Below the pieces are notes generated by a model that saw nothing but the letters and a program-made list of their open reading frames with translations, had not been told where the DNA came from and ran no database searches. Made by a program: the position numbers and the translations under genes. From positions 78,598 through 142,597 of the forward strand of contig JBBKVO010000017.1 of NCBI GenBank assembly GCA_037968475.1: a DNA stretch of 64,000 nucleotides, given 5' to 3'. This document shows positions 10,206 to 18,506 of this stretch, piece by piece. Position 1 is the stretch's first letter, and each line of letters begins with the position of its first letter. Origin of the DNA: Bacteroidia bacterium (GTDB taxonomy: Bacteria > Bacteroidota > Bacteroidia > UBA8524).

Positions 10206-10229
10206 CCTTTCGGGAATACACCCGAAAGG
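10206..10229 (-). terminator. Intrinsic-terminator-like hairpin (cctttcggg/cccgaaagg) followed on the minus strand by a U7 run. It sits 5-20 nt upstream of the TIR start codon.
   Basis: Read directly: 9-bp GC-containing stem, 6-nt loop, then A7 on the plus strand (T7/U7 on the minus strand). Confidence 0.45.
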
Positions 10230-10404
10230 CGAGGTTTAGATGTGGCTACTCAGAGCGCGATATAGCCAACACCTAATGTTTTTATAACTTCTTTGCGTCA
10301 AGTTTACCATTGGGTTCTTTGATAGATTAATCTGTTTTCCGAATGGTGGTTTGTTCTTTCCGAATAAATGGAGGGTTGCTATGTTTCCTGTGGGTAGACA
10401 GTTT

Positions 10405-10668
10405 CTACCCTTTAATGATATTTATTGAATATTTGATGTTAGCACTCCCTCCCCCAAGATCAATCACAATATTCCAATTACCTTTATGTGGAACTGATAT
10501 TCTTGCAGGAAGTATTTCATAGAAGCCTCCATAATATTTACAACTTCTACCTGATTTATAATTTGAGTAATTAGTATCATCCATAAGTTTGATATTACAT
10601 TGATGTGTGCATTTAACTTCTACAATATCACCAATGTTTAAATATTCTCGTTTATGTAAGAAATTCAT
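10405..10668 (-). CDS. Small hypothetical protein (87 aa), DUF1883-like.
   Basis: ORF with the pattern IGDIVEVKC.H.CNI.LMDD.NY.NYK.GR...YYGG......ARISVP..G.W..VIDLGGG. This resembles my recollection of the DUF1883 small beta-rich family; the assignment is from memory only. Confidence 0.4.
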   Translation of the reverse strand: MNFLHKREYLNIGDIVEVKCTHQCNIKLMDDTNYSNYKSGRSCKYYGGFYEILPARISVPHKGNWNIVIDLGGGSANIKYSINIIKG

Positions 10669-10685
10669 GATAATTTTTATAGTTT

Positions 10686-11258
10686 CTAAATTTTACCAAG
10701 TTCTTTTAAACGCCAAAAACATTTTGCAGTAATCGCAATATCAATAGATGCATCATGTGCATCTTCAAATTCTTCTCCAAACAACGTATAATGAAGCTCC
10801 TGAAGTTTAGGCCATTTATAGCCTCCAAAACTTCCGGGAATTGCACAAAAACCTGTGGTACTCATCATAGTGCATACTTTGATTTTAGCAGGGATCACGT
10901 TGATCATTCCTTTTCGTATAAATTCAGCACCAACAATTTTTTCATCAAAACTCATATTATGAGCAACTAAGACTTTAGAATTATCAAGTTGATTATTGAA
11001 GTTTTGAAGAACTTCATACAGACTCTTGCCTTCTCTTCGGGCACGTTCAGTTGAAATTCCATGGATGTTAGTTGATTCAGCTGGAATCGAAAAACCTTCT
11101 GGTTTTATAATAAAATTCTCTTCAAGAAGTTTTGTTCCTGCATCATCGTATAAGAGATAGGCTAATTGCACCATACGTGGCCAATTATTAACATCAGTTA
11201 CTGGTGATTTCCAATTATTGGGTAAACCAGTCGTTTCGGTGTCAAAAAATAGATACAT
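10686..11258 (-). CDS. DEDD-family 3'-5' exonuclease (DnaQ/epsilon-like, standalone).
   Basis: Exo I FFDTETTGL, Exo II LVAHNMSFD and Exo III (Y-x3-D) HDASIDIAITAKCF are all present. Confidence 0.8.
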   Translation of the reverse strand: MYLFFDTETTGLPNNWKSPVTDVNNWPRMVQLAYLLYDDAGTKLLEENFIIKPEGFSIPAESTNIHGISTERARREGKSLYEVLQNFNNQLDNSKVLVAHNMSFDEKIVGAEFIRKGMINVIPAKIKVCTMMSTTGFCAIPGSFGGYKWPKLQELHYTLFGEEFEDAHDASIDIAITAKCFWRLKELGKI

Positions 11259-11277
11259 TTTATTTATTTTAATTAAA

Positions 11278-11715
11278 TCAATAACAAATTTTACAAGCCC
11301 TATAGCCTGAGTTTTGCGCTTGGGTTTTGGTTACATTACTGGTGCCAGCCTTGCATCGATTTAGCCCGTGGCAGTAGTGTGAGTGATATGCATAGGCACT
11401 TTTACTATTACAAATAATTACGGTGGTTTCCTTTGGGGGGGCTTGTTTTGCTGCACTTGGTTTTTGTGTGCTTAGATGCTCTTTGGCCACATAGCCCTTT
11501 AGAGTGTCGTAAACCGTAATATTTGCCCAATCACCCGTTTCAAAATTCACAGTAACCCCAGCCCCTTTGTTAAGAGTAGTTTTTATTGTGGCTGTTGTAT
11601 TGGGTTGGCTTCTAACGTTTAGTTTATCAGCAGTTACATAATGGGTTATTACTGCCTTTACTGTAAATGCTAAAAAAAATAATGAGCCAAAAAATATTAT
11701 TAGTTTCGTTTTCAT
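11278..11715 (-). CDS. Secreted SH3b-domain protein with a C-terminal Cys/His motif (YH..YCHGL..C...A...GY..CK.C).
   Basis: Signal peptide MKTKLIIFFGSLFFLAFTVKA. The bacterial SH3-like segment is LNVRSQPNTTATIKTTLNKGAGVTV...WANI. The Cys-rich tail is shared with the next gene. Confidence 0.55.
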   Translation of the reverse strand: MKTKLIIFFGSLFFLAFTVKAVITHYVTADKLNVRSQPNTTATIKTTLNKGAGVTVNFETGDWANITVYDTLKGYVAKEHLSTQKPSAAKQAPPKETTVIICNSKSAYAYHSHYCHGLNRCKAGTSNVTKTQAQNSGYRACKICY

Positions 11716-11722
11716 AGTAAAT

Positions 11723-12004
11723 TTATTTAGTTATGGTTGGTATTGGTGCATTGCAACGCTTGCAGGGCGTAAACCCTTTTTGTTTTGCAAGTGATAAGCT
11801 AAGCGGTGTTTTGCTGGATGCTAAAGCACCGCAGTTTGCTGTATGATATTTTTTACCTGTTTTGGTAATGTATACTTGCTGTTGAGTTTTAACCGAACTA
11901 GCCGTACACGAAGCTATTGATAGGGCAATGCTGCATATAGTAATAAGCCTTGCCACTTGTTTTTGCACTTTTGATGCGCTTGCTATTTGGTTTTGATAAA
12001 ACAT
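11723..12004 (-). CDS. Small secreted/lipoprotein-like protein (93 aa) with the same C-terminal motif (KKYH..NCGAL...A...GF.PCKRC).
   Basis: ORF in a 7-bp-spaced tandem with 11278..11715. Hydrophobic N-terminus. The C-terminal motif can be aligned to its neighbour. Confidence 0.5.
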   Translation of the reverse strand: MFYQNQIASASKVQKQVARLITICSIALSIASCTASSVKTQQQVYITKTGKKYHTANCGALASSKTPLSLSLAKQKGFTPCKRCNAPIPTITK

Positions 12005-12108
12005 TCTATTTTACTGAAATCAATAGCAAGTTCACTTCTTTGTATTTCAGCAGATAGTTTGTTTTCCTAAAGGGTTACTATTTTTTCCTAATAGACTTTT
12101 TTAATTTT

Positions 12109-13242
12109 CTAACGTATTTGCTGCAAAAACCAGTAGCTCCCTTTTTTTTCAAACACCAAGGTTTCTTGAGGTTTAAATCCCAAAAGGGTTACTGTTCGGT
12201 TTTGCCGGTGGTTTGAAGGCGAAAGTTTAAGATTTATTTCAGCGCACCTTAAAAATTGAGTATAAGCAATATCAATCTCACACAGTCCGTTACCTATTCT
12301 TTTACCCACAATTTCATATTGAACAGGCTCAATATTTATAAGGCTATACAAAAGGCTACTATCGTTTTCTTGTTTAAATATATAGGGGCGATATTGTAAT
12401 AAACCAAAAGGTGCTTCGGCTAATGAGGTATTACTAATTATTCCATTGCTTTTTAAACCTGTTAATGATTGTATATGCTCCATACCATTATAAAAATTAT
12501 AATGGTTTCTGTGTGATGTAATCGTGTGTTGGAAATATAGGCCTTGCTGTTTTTGATTTATAGCTTCAAGCGTGCTTAGCTTGCCGTTTTTTAATACTAA
12601 AACTTCTTGAAAATGGTTTTTAACAAGGGCATCCATTTCTCCTTTACGTTTTTCAACAACTTGATTTATTTCAGTTTTTGATGGCTGTAATGATTGCCTA
12701 TGTGATAGAAAAAGTGCTAGTAAATAAAAAAGCCCCAGCACTATAAATAAATTCCGTATAAATATTTTTTTCTTTTTTATAAAATGCAAACCAAATGCAC
12801 AGTTGTAGTAAACTGCTGGTTTTGGTTCAATTTTTTTAACAATTTCGCTAATTATTGTGTCAATATTAGTTTCTACTACTGCCCATCGATGAAGCAAATC
12901 AGGTTTCTCAGCAGTTACTTCCTCAATAGTTATGTTGTATAATATGGGTACAAATTTTTTGTTTTTTCTTTTCAGTTCTTCCAGTTCTACATGCGCCCAA
13001 TAACTATTATAGTTGTGGGTAATAAGTGCTATGCCTAATCTGTTGTTTTTTAGCCCTTCATAAATTCTATCGGCAATATTATCGCCGGGTTCAAATTCTT
13101 TTTTAGCATACCAAACCCTTAGCCCATGCTCGGTTAGCTTGTTGTATATTTCATTAACAAGCTCTCTGTCTTCTATAACATAAGAGATAAAAATATCGTG
13201 GGTTTTGGGTCCTTCAAACAACATATAGTATATATTGTTCAA
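12109..13242 (-). CDS. TIR-domain protein with a central transmembrane helix and a ~200-aa C-terminal domain of unknown function.
   Basis: The N-terminal HDIFISYVIEDRELVNEIYNKLTEHGLRVWYAKKEFEPGDNIADRI...GIALITHNYNSYWAHVELEEL is a TIR domain and retains Glu in the SxW..E motif. A strong hydrophobic segment follows (IFIRNLFIVLGLFYLLALFLS). The true start may be the internal M at MLFEGPK. Confidence 0.75.
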   Translation of the reverse strand: MNNIYYMLFEGPKTHDIFISYVIEDRELVNEIYNKLTEHGLRVWYAKKEFEPGDNIADRIYEGLKNNRLGIALITHNYNSYWAHVELEELKRKNKKFVPILYNITIEEVTAEKPDLLHRWAVVETNIDTIISEIVKKIEPKPAVYYNCAFGLHFIKKKKIFIRNLFIVLGLFYLLALFLSHRQSLQPSKTEINQVVEKRKGEMDALVKNHFQEVLVLKNGKLSTLEAINQKQQGLYFQHTITSHRNHYNFYNGMEHIQSLTGLKSNGIISNTSLAEAPFGLLQYRPYIFKQENDSSLLYSLINIEPVQYEIVGKRIGNGLCEIDIAYTQFLRCAEINLKLSPSNHRQNRTVTLLGFKPQETLVFEKKGSYWFLQQIR

Positions 13243-13314
13243 AAAGAATATTTATAAGAATAATTTAAGCAATATTATTTCCTAGGGGGTGGTTTTTTTT
13301 TCCAAAAAGATATT

Positions 13315-14064
13315 TTATATCAATGGAAGGTGTTTAAAAACATCTTCTTTAAAAGTATCTCCAACGGCAATTTCATAATCGCCCAGCACTAATACATTGC
13401 CTTTAACTGCATCAACATTGTTAATGTTTACCACGTGCGACCTATGGGCTCTTATAAGACTATCGTGATTGATTTTAATGTTTAATGCCCCCATACTAAT
13501 GCTTTGTGTAAGTTTGGTTTTATTTGTAAGGTATATATGGCAATATGCCCTATCGGCTTCAATAAATAGTATATCAGCTATATCATACTTTTTGTAAGTA
13601 TCATTGCTGTCTTTTAAAAATAACTTTCCTTTTCGCACTACGGCATTTGGATGCTCGGGCTCAATATCATCAATAGATATTTTTCTTTTTTCAGCACTAT
13701 TGTTAATGGCTGTGTGTATACTTACATGCAGTTGATTGGCCGAAAATGGTTTTATTAAATATGCCGCAGGGTTTGTTGCCAGTGCTTTTTGCAAGGTTTT
13801 GCTATCACTTAAGTTTGTAAGAAAAATGATAGGAAAATCATCAATAGCCTTTAGCATTATAGCGGTTTCAATGCCATTTTTTTTGCCTGCTATCATAATA
13901 TCTAAAAAAATCAAATCGGGCAGGTTATTTTTAACTGATTGCAAGGCACTATCGCAATTATCAACACAATCTGTAATTTCGTAGCCTAGTTTGATTAGCT
14001 GATTTGCCATGTCATCGGCAATAAGCTCTTCATCCTCAACAATTAATATTTTTATTGATGGCAT
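13315..14064 (-). CDS. Response regulator, LytTR family (CheY-like receiver plus LytTR DNA-binding domain).
   Basis: KILIVEDEELIADDM...DLIFLDIMIAGKKNG carries the receiver acidic pocket and phospho-Asp. C-terminal ADILFIEADRAYCHIYL...LIRAHRSHVVN is the LytTR signature. Confidence 0.85.
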   Translation of the reverse strand: MPSIKILIVEDEELIADDMANQLIKLGYEITDCVDNCDSALQSVKNNLPDLIFLDIMIAGKKNGIETAIMLKAIDDFPIIFLTNLSDSKTLQKALATNPAAYLIKPFSANQLHVSIHTAINNSAEKRKISIDDIEPEHPNAVVRKGKLFLKDSNDTYKKYDIADILFIEADRAYCHIYLTNKTKLTQSISMGALNIKINHDSLIRAHRSHVVNINNVDAVKGNVLVLGDYEIAVGDTFKEDVFKHLPLI

Positions 14065-14117
14065 TATGCTAATGATAATTTTTCTGTAAAATTAGCTTAT
14101 TTTTTTAACTTTATACA

Positions 14118-15974
14118 ATGAGACTAACCCTATTTGCTTGCCTTCTCCTGTTTTTTCACAACTTTGCTGCTGGGCAAAACAGTATTATTACTGATGCAAA
14201 AAGTCTTAGTGATTCAGCTATAAAATTGTTAGGAAATAATGAATATGATTCAGCCCTATCAATTATTAACAAGGCTATTGCAATTTCTCAAAAAAATAAT
14301 GACTCACTCCAAACAGCTAAATGTTTAAACAATATTGGGTTGATATATAGTAGCAAAGGCGATCCTGTAAAAAGTCTTTTTTACTACGAGCAATCGCTGA
14401 AGCTACTTAGGCAGCTTAATAATAAGGAGGATTTTCCTACAGCGCTTTTAAACATAGGTATTTCATACAAAGAACAAGGTATATACGATAGGGCGCTTAA
14501 AAATCTTTTTGAAGCGGTGGCTTTTTTTGAGTTGCGAGGCGAAGCCAAAAAACTATCGTCAGCTTATAATGCTATTGGAAATATTAATAGGATTGAAGGG
14601 AATTATAATTGGGCTTTAGAATACCACACAAAGGCGTTAAAATTGAGGCAAAGCATTAATTATACACAAGGTGTAGCAGCTTCGCTAAGCAGTATTGGGG
14701 TTGTATATAAAGAACTGGGTAAATACGATTCGGCACTATTTTATCTTGGAAAATCTTTGGCATCAATAGAGGTAGGCAAAACAAGGGATGATCACTATGC
14801 CAACACATTATCACACATTGCTGAAATATATGAGATTGAAGAAAGCTACCCAAATGCAAAGAAATATTTTGACAGTGCTTACGCTATTAGAAAGAAAAAT
14901 GATAGTAAAAAAGGAATAGCATATTCGTTATTTGAGTTAGGACGGTTGTATTACTCAACCAATGAGCATACAAAGGCTGAAACATATTTATTAAGAAGTA
15001 TTGATGAGGCTAATAATGTAAAGGCTTTTGATATTGTGCTAAATGCCTATGAAATTTTACGGAAGCTATATAAAAGCAAAAAAAACTACATAAAGGCTAT
15101 TTTGTATGATGATTTGTTTATAAAACTTAATATGCAATTGCTGGGCGAAGAGAAACAAAAATCGCTTACCCAAATGCAGATTAAGTACGAAACTGAAAAA
15201 AAGCAAGAAGAAATTGATAATCTAAATCAAGATAAGCAAACACGCGAAGCTATTTTACAAGCAAAGGAAGCACAACTTGAATCGAAACGAGTTCATAATC
15301 AAAACTTAGTAATTGTTATTGTGTCACTTACACTAATTTTAACATTAGTTTTAGTCTTATTTGTTCTTAGGCTTCGTTATGCAAAAAAACTTGACATTGT
15401 AATGCGTGAATTACACCACAGGGTGAAAAACAATTTTCAGGTATTGTTATCTCTTTTTAATCTTCAACTAGAGGATATAAATGATGAGGAAGCTAAAAAA
15501 GTTATTGCTAGTAACAGTAATCGGATTACGGCCATGATGCTGATACATAGAAAGTTGTATTTTGATAAAGAGATAACAACAGTAAAGGTGGCTGATTATA
15601 TACAAAACATAGTTGAGAACTTGCTTGTGGTTTATGGGCTAAAGAAACGGGGGATAGAAATAAAATACACAATTGATGATAAAATTAAAATTAGTGTTGA
15701 TAATGCCATTTCACTGGGTCTTTTAGTAAACGAATTAGTAACAAACTCTTTTAAGTATGCTTTTGATGATAGGAATAAAAAGCCCCTGCTTTTTATCGAG
15801 CTAACTAAAAATAAGAATAATATTTTACTAGTACAAGATAATTGTACAAATTCAACCGAAGTTATATTTAAAAATTCGTTTGGGTTGAAATTGGTAAATA
15901 CGCAAGTAAAACTTCTAAAAGGCAATTTGCAAAGAACAACTGATAATGGTATTAAATATACAATTGTTTTTTAG
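14118..15974 (+). CDS. Sensor histidine kinase with a periplasmic/N-terminal TPR repeat region, one TM helix, a HisKA_2-type H-box and a HATPase domain.
   Basis: Signal peptide, then multiple 34-aa TPR-like repeats (A..LNNIG.IY...G....SL.YYEQSL). TM helix LVIVIVSLTLILTLVLVLFVL, H-box HHRVKNNFQVLLSLFNLQ, and a C-terminal ATPase region. It is transcribed divergently from the LytTR regulator. Confidence 0.85.
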   Translation: MRLTLFACLLLFFHNFAAGQNSIITDAKSLSDSAIKLLGNNEYDSALSIINKAIAISQKNNDSLQTAKCLNNIGLIYSSKGDPVKSLFYYEQSLKLLRQLNNKEDFPTALLNIGISYKEQGIYDRALKNLFEAVAFFELRGEAKKLSSAYNAIGNINRIEGNYNWALEYHTKALKLRQSINYTQGVAASLSSIGVVYKELGKYDSALFYLGKSLASIEVGKTRDDHYANTLSHIAEIYEIEESYPNAKKYFDSAYAIRKKNDSKKGIAYSLFELGRLYYSTNEHTKAETYLLRSIDEANNVKAFDIVLNAYEILRKLYKSKKNYIKAILYDDLFIKLNMQLLGEEKQKSLTQMQIKYETEKKQEEIDNLNQDKQTREAILQAKEAQLESKRVHNQNLVIVIVSLTLILTLVLVLFVLRLRYAKKLDIVMRELHHRVKNNFQVLLSLFNLQLEDINDEEAKKVIASNSNRITAMMLIHRKLYFDKEITTVKVADYIQNIVENLLVVYGLKKRGIEIKYTIDDKIKISVDNAISLGLLVNELVTNSFKYAFDDRNKKPLLFIELTKNKNNILLVQDNCTNSTEVIFKNSFGLKLVNTQVKLLKGNLQRTTDNGIKYTIVF

Positions 15975-15981
15975 CAATAAA

Positions 15982-16009
15982 AAAGCCTTGCCATATACGG
16001 CAAGGCTTT
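15982..16009. terminator. Bidirectional hairpin (aaaagccttgcc-atatac-ggcaaggcttt) between convergent genes.
   Basis: An 11-bp inverted repeat flanked by A-run and T-run, read directly. Confidence 0.5.
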
Positions 16010-16032
16010 AAATTATTTCTTTTTATTAAAGA

Positions 16033-16425
16033 TTAATTTAGTGAAACATTAACAGTTTGCGGTGTGCCGCTTATTGTTATGGCTGTTGTTTTGGGTGAGT
16101 AGCCGGGGTAAGATACTTTTAAGTAATAACTACCATTACTTACTGAATTAAAGAAGTAGTGGCCTACACTGTTGGTGCCTATAATGGCTACTAAAGTGCC
16201 GCCTGAGGTTCTAATTTCAACACAGGCATGGTAAAGAGCCCCACCAGCCGAATCTGTTACTGCGCCGCTAAGCATGGGTTGCGGATCTTCGTTATCGCCC
16301 TCATCACAATAGGTTTCAGTGGCAGCTAAAGGAGCTGAGTCAATATTAGTTTTGGTATCAACAAGGCTGTTAAATGAACCTGACAACAGCAACAAAGGGA
16401 ATATAACTTCAATTACTTTTTTCAT
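16033..16425 (-). CDS. Small secreted protein with a carboxypeptidase-regulatory-like (CarbopepD_reg) beta-sandwich fold.
   Basis: Signal peptide. G.V.DS.GG.L..A.V.I...GG.....T...G.Y.F..V..G.Y.L.VS..GY pattern. Confidence 0.45.
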   Translation of the reverse strand: MKKVIEVIFPLLLLSGSFNSLVDTKTNIDSAPLAATETYCDEGDNEDPQPMLSGAVTDSAGGALYHACVEIRTSGGTLVAIIGTNSVGHYFFNSVSNGSYYLKVSYPGYSPKTTAITISGTPQTVNVSLN

Positions 16426-16940
16426 AACATTAAAAATTTAATTGTTTTGATTTCCCGACATGACACGCCTTTCCCAATACCACATGTTGCGGGTTATACA
16501 GTGGTTTAACTAGCTGAAATGTTTACAGCAAAAAGGCATGAAGGAGATAGGAGAATTCCCTGTTTTACTAAGCCTTTTACTACTCTCCCAAATAGTTAGG
16601 CTTAGTTTGCAGGATAGCACTTGCTAATTTTTTAACAACAATTAAATGGGGTTTTGCTAGTGGCTTTCGCCAAGGCCTTCCTGACCTTTGTATGCCATTT
16701 TTTATTGTTAATATTTAGCCGGTGCTGTTGTTTGGTTGCGCTACCAGTTAATTAACAATACAAAGGTGGGGCATATAATTAGGCTGTTTATACACGTTTC
16801 AGGTTAGTTCACACAAGGTTCGGATGGATTTCACGAGTTTTTCACGAGTTTGGGAAAAGCCTTTATCGTATATGGAAAATAGAAATGTCAATTAGGAAAT
16901 ATTTTTAATTAAACAAATACCTAAAGACTTCCTTTGATTT

Positions 16941-17708
16941 ATGGCATCAAATACATTACACGTATTAAAACTAATTGAGCTATTGGCTGAAGACCGTAAT
17001 CAGACTTTAGACTATGCAGGTTTTGGTGCTATGAGTAATGTGCTGGATGAGCCTGTATCTCAACGGTATTTAGATGATTTATACAGAGATACAAAACAAA
17101 AAATCTCAAAAGAGATATTCACTACACGAAAATCAAAATTATTTTTAGACAAAATAGCACAGTATTTAGGCTTCAAAAATTTTGATGAATTCTCTGCTAC
17201 GTGTAATAAGGAGTTTTCTGAAATAATAAAAGCGTGTATCGGGTATTGGTGGAGTTACGTTAGAGCAAACTCTGGCAATTATATCCTGAAAGCACCTGTG
17301 CGGATTTTTTTGGATGACAATAAGCAGAAAATAATGATGGAGTTAAGGGGAGCTGAAAGAACGTTTATAGGTGAGATTGTTGAAAAAGAGGGATGTATGA
17401 CAGGCTTTTTAAACTCTGGCACTGCTAAAAGACTTGGAGTGTGTTTTAAACTGGGTTTAAGCAAGCAAATTCAAGTTACTCAGGGTGTTTTTTGTGGAAT
17501 TTCTTCAACAGGGAACCCTATTGCAGGGAAAGAAATTTTAGTTCGTGAAGAAAGAATACCATTTGAAAATATGAGATGGGAAAAATTTCCCATCACTGAT
17601 GATAGAATTGACGAGAATATTCGCAACTATTTTACAGAATACAATAAAACCTGTATTCAGGTTAAAGATGTAAGCGGTTTTGACTTAGAGAGCCTAAACA
17701 GTATTTAA
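16941..17708 (+). CDS. Hypothetical protein (255 aa).
   Basis: ORF only; no family I recognise. Confidence 0.4.
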   Translation: MASNTLHVLKLIELLAEDRNQTLDYAGFGAMSNVLDEPVSQRYLDDLYRDTKQKISKEIFTTRKSKLFLDKIAQYLGFKNFDEFSATCNKEFSEIIKACIGYWWSYVRANSGNYILKAPVRIFLDDNKQKIMMELRGAERTFIGEIVEKEGCMTGFLNSGTAKRLGVCFKLGLSKQIQVTQGVFCGISSTGNPIAGKEILVREERIPFENMRWEKFPITDDRIDENIRNYFTEYNKTCIQVKDVSGFDLESLNSI

Positions 17709-17728
17709 TTATTAACACTTAACTTATT

Positions 17729-17944
17729 ATGAAAACCAAACTTGTTTTAGTAATGCTATTTGCTTTAGCTTTTAGCCTCAGTAATTGTTCAAAAGATGAT
17801 GCTCCTACTGCTTCAAATTCTGATTGCCATACTGACCAAAGCAAACGTAGAGGAGCAATGTGTAAAGATGGGTCAACAAGCAATTCAACTGGTTCAGGAG
17901 CTTGCTCTGGTCATGGAGGAGTTGATTATTGGTTGTGTAAGTAA
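17729..17944 (+). CDS. Small Cys-rich lipoprotein (DUF3761-like; C.DG..S.S..GACS.HGGV.YW).
   Basis: Lipoprotein signal (LSNCSK) and a C-terminal GACSGHGGVDYWLCK motif. Confidence 0.45.
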   Translation: MKTKLVLVMLFALAFSLSNCSKDDAPTASNSDCHTDQSKRRGAMCKDGSTSNSTGSGACSGHGGVDYWLCK

Positions 17945-18059
17945 GCATGATTCTTTAATCGTGCATTAGCTTTCCTGTTCTTCTCATACTGCATTCAGTT
18001 CTTTACCTCTTTAAATTTGAATAAGAGTATCTATAAATTATAGAAATACTTTTATTCTG

Positions 18060-18506
18060 TTGCACTTCATCTTAACTTCGCATAACATGAAAGTTCGCCT
18101 TACCAAAGAACAAAAGATAAAGATTGCCAATAGTGATGATGTATTTAAGGTAATGCAAGCAGTATTGCTTAGGCAAAACAAATTACACCGCAGGAAAGAA
18201 TACTTTTGGTCGATAGGATTGAATACAGCTAATGACATTCTTTATATTGAGTTGGTAACTTTAGGAGTACTTAATAAAGTAAATGTTGACCCTGTTGAAC
18301 TATTTAGCTTTGCTGTACAGAAAAAGTGTAAGAAGATTATATTGGTGCATAACCATCCTTCAGATAATGTAACCCCCAGTGCTGATGATATTGCTTTAAC
18401 CCACCATTTGGTAACGGGAGGTAGTTATCTGAGTATAGAAATATTAGACCACATTATTATTACTGAAGAGAAGTTTTACAGTATGGCTTCAAGTGGGTTG
18501 GTGTAG
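18060..18506 (+). CDS. RadC-like JAB/MPN domain protein (DUF2466); the start is probably at the internal Met, 18087.
   Basis: HNHPSDNVTPSADDIALTHHL...LDHIII matches the RadC JAB metalloprotease signature (HNHPSG..PS..D). This family is frequent on mobile elements. Confidence 0.75.
   Translation: MHFILTSHNMKVRLTKEQKIKIANSDDVFKVMQAVLLRQNKLHRRKEYFWSIGLNTANDILYIELVTLGVLNKVNVDPVELFSFAVQKKCKKIILVHNHPSDNVTPSADDIALTHHLVTGGSYLSIEILDHIIITEEKFYSMASSGLV

Noticed and set aside
16426-16940. Possible tRNA or rRNA genes in the long ORF-free regions 16426-16940 and 18507-19540.
   Set aside because: Neither region has a cloverleaf-compatible sequence or rRNA-like conserved blocks. I leave them as unexplained non-coding DNA.
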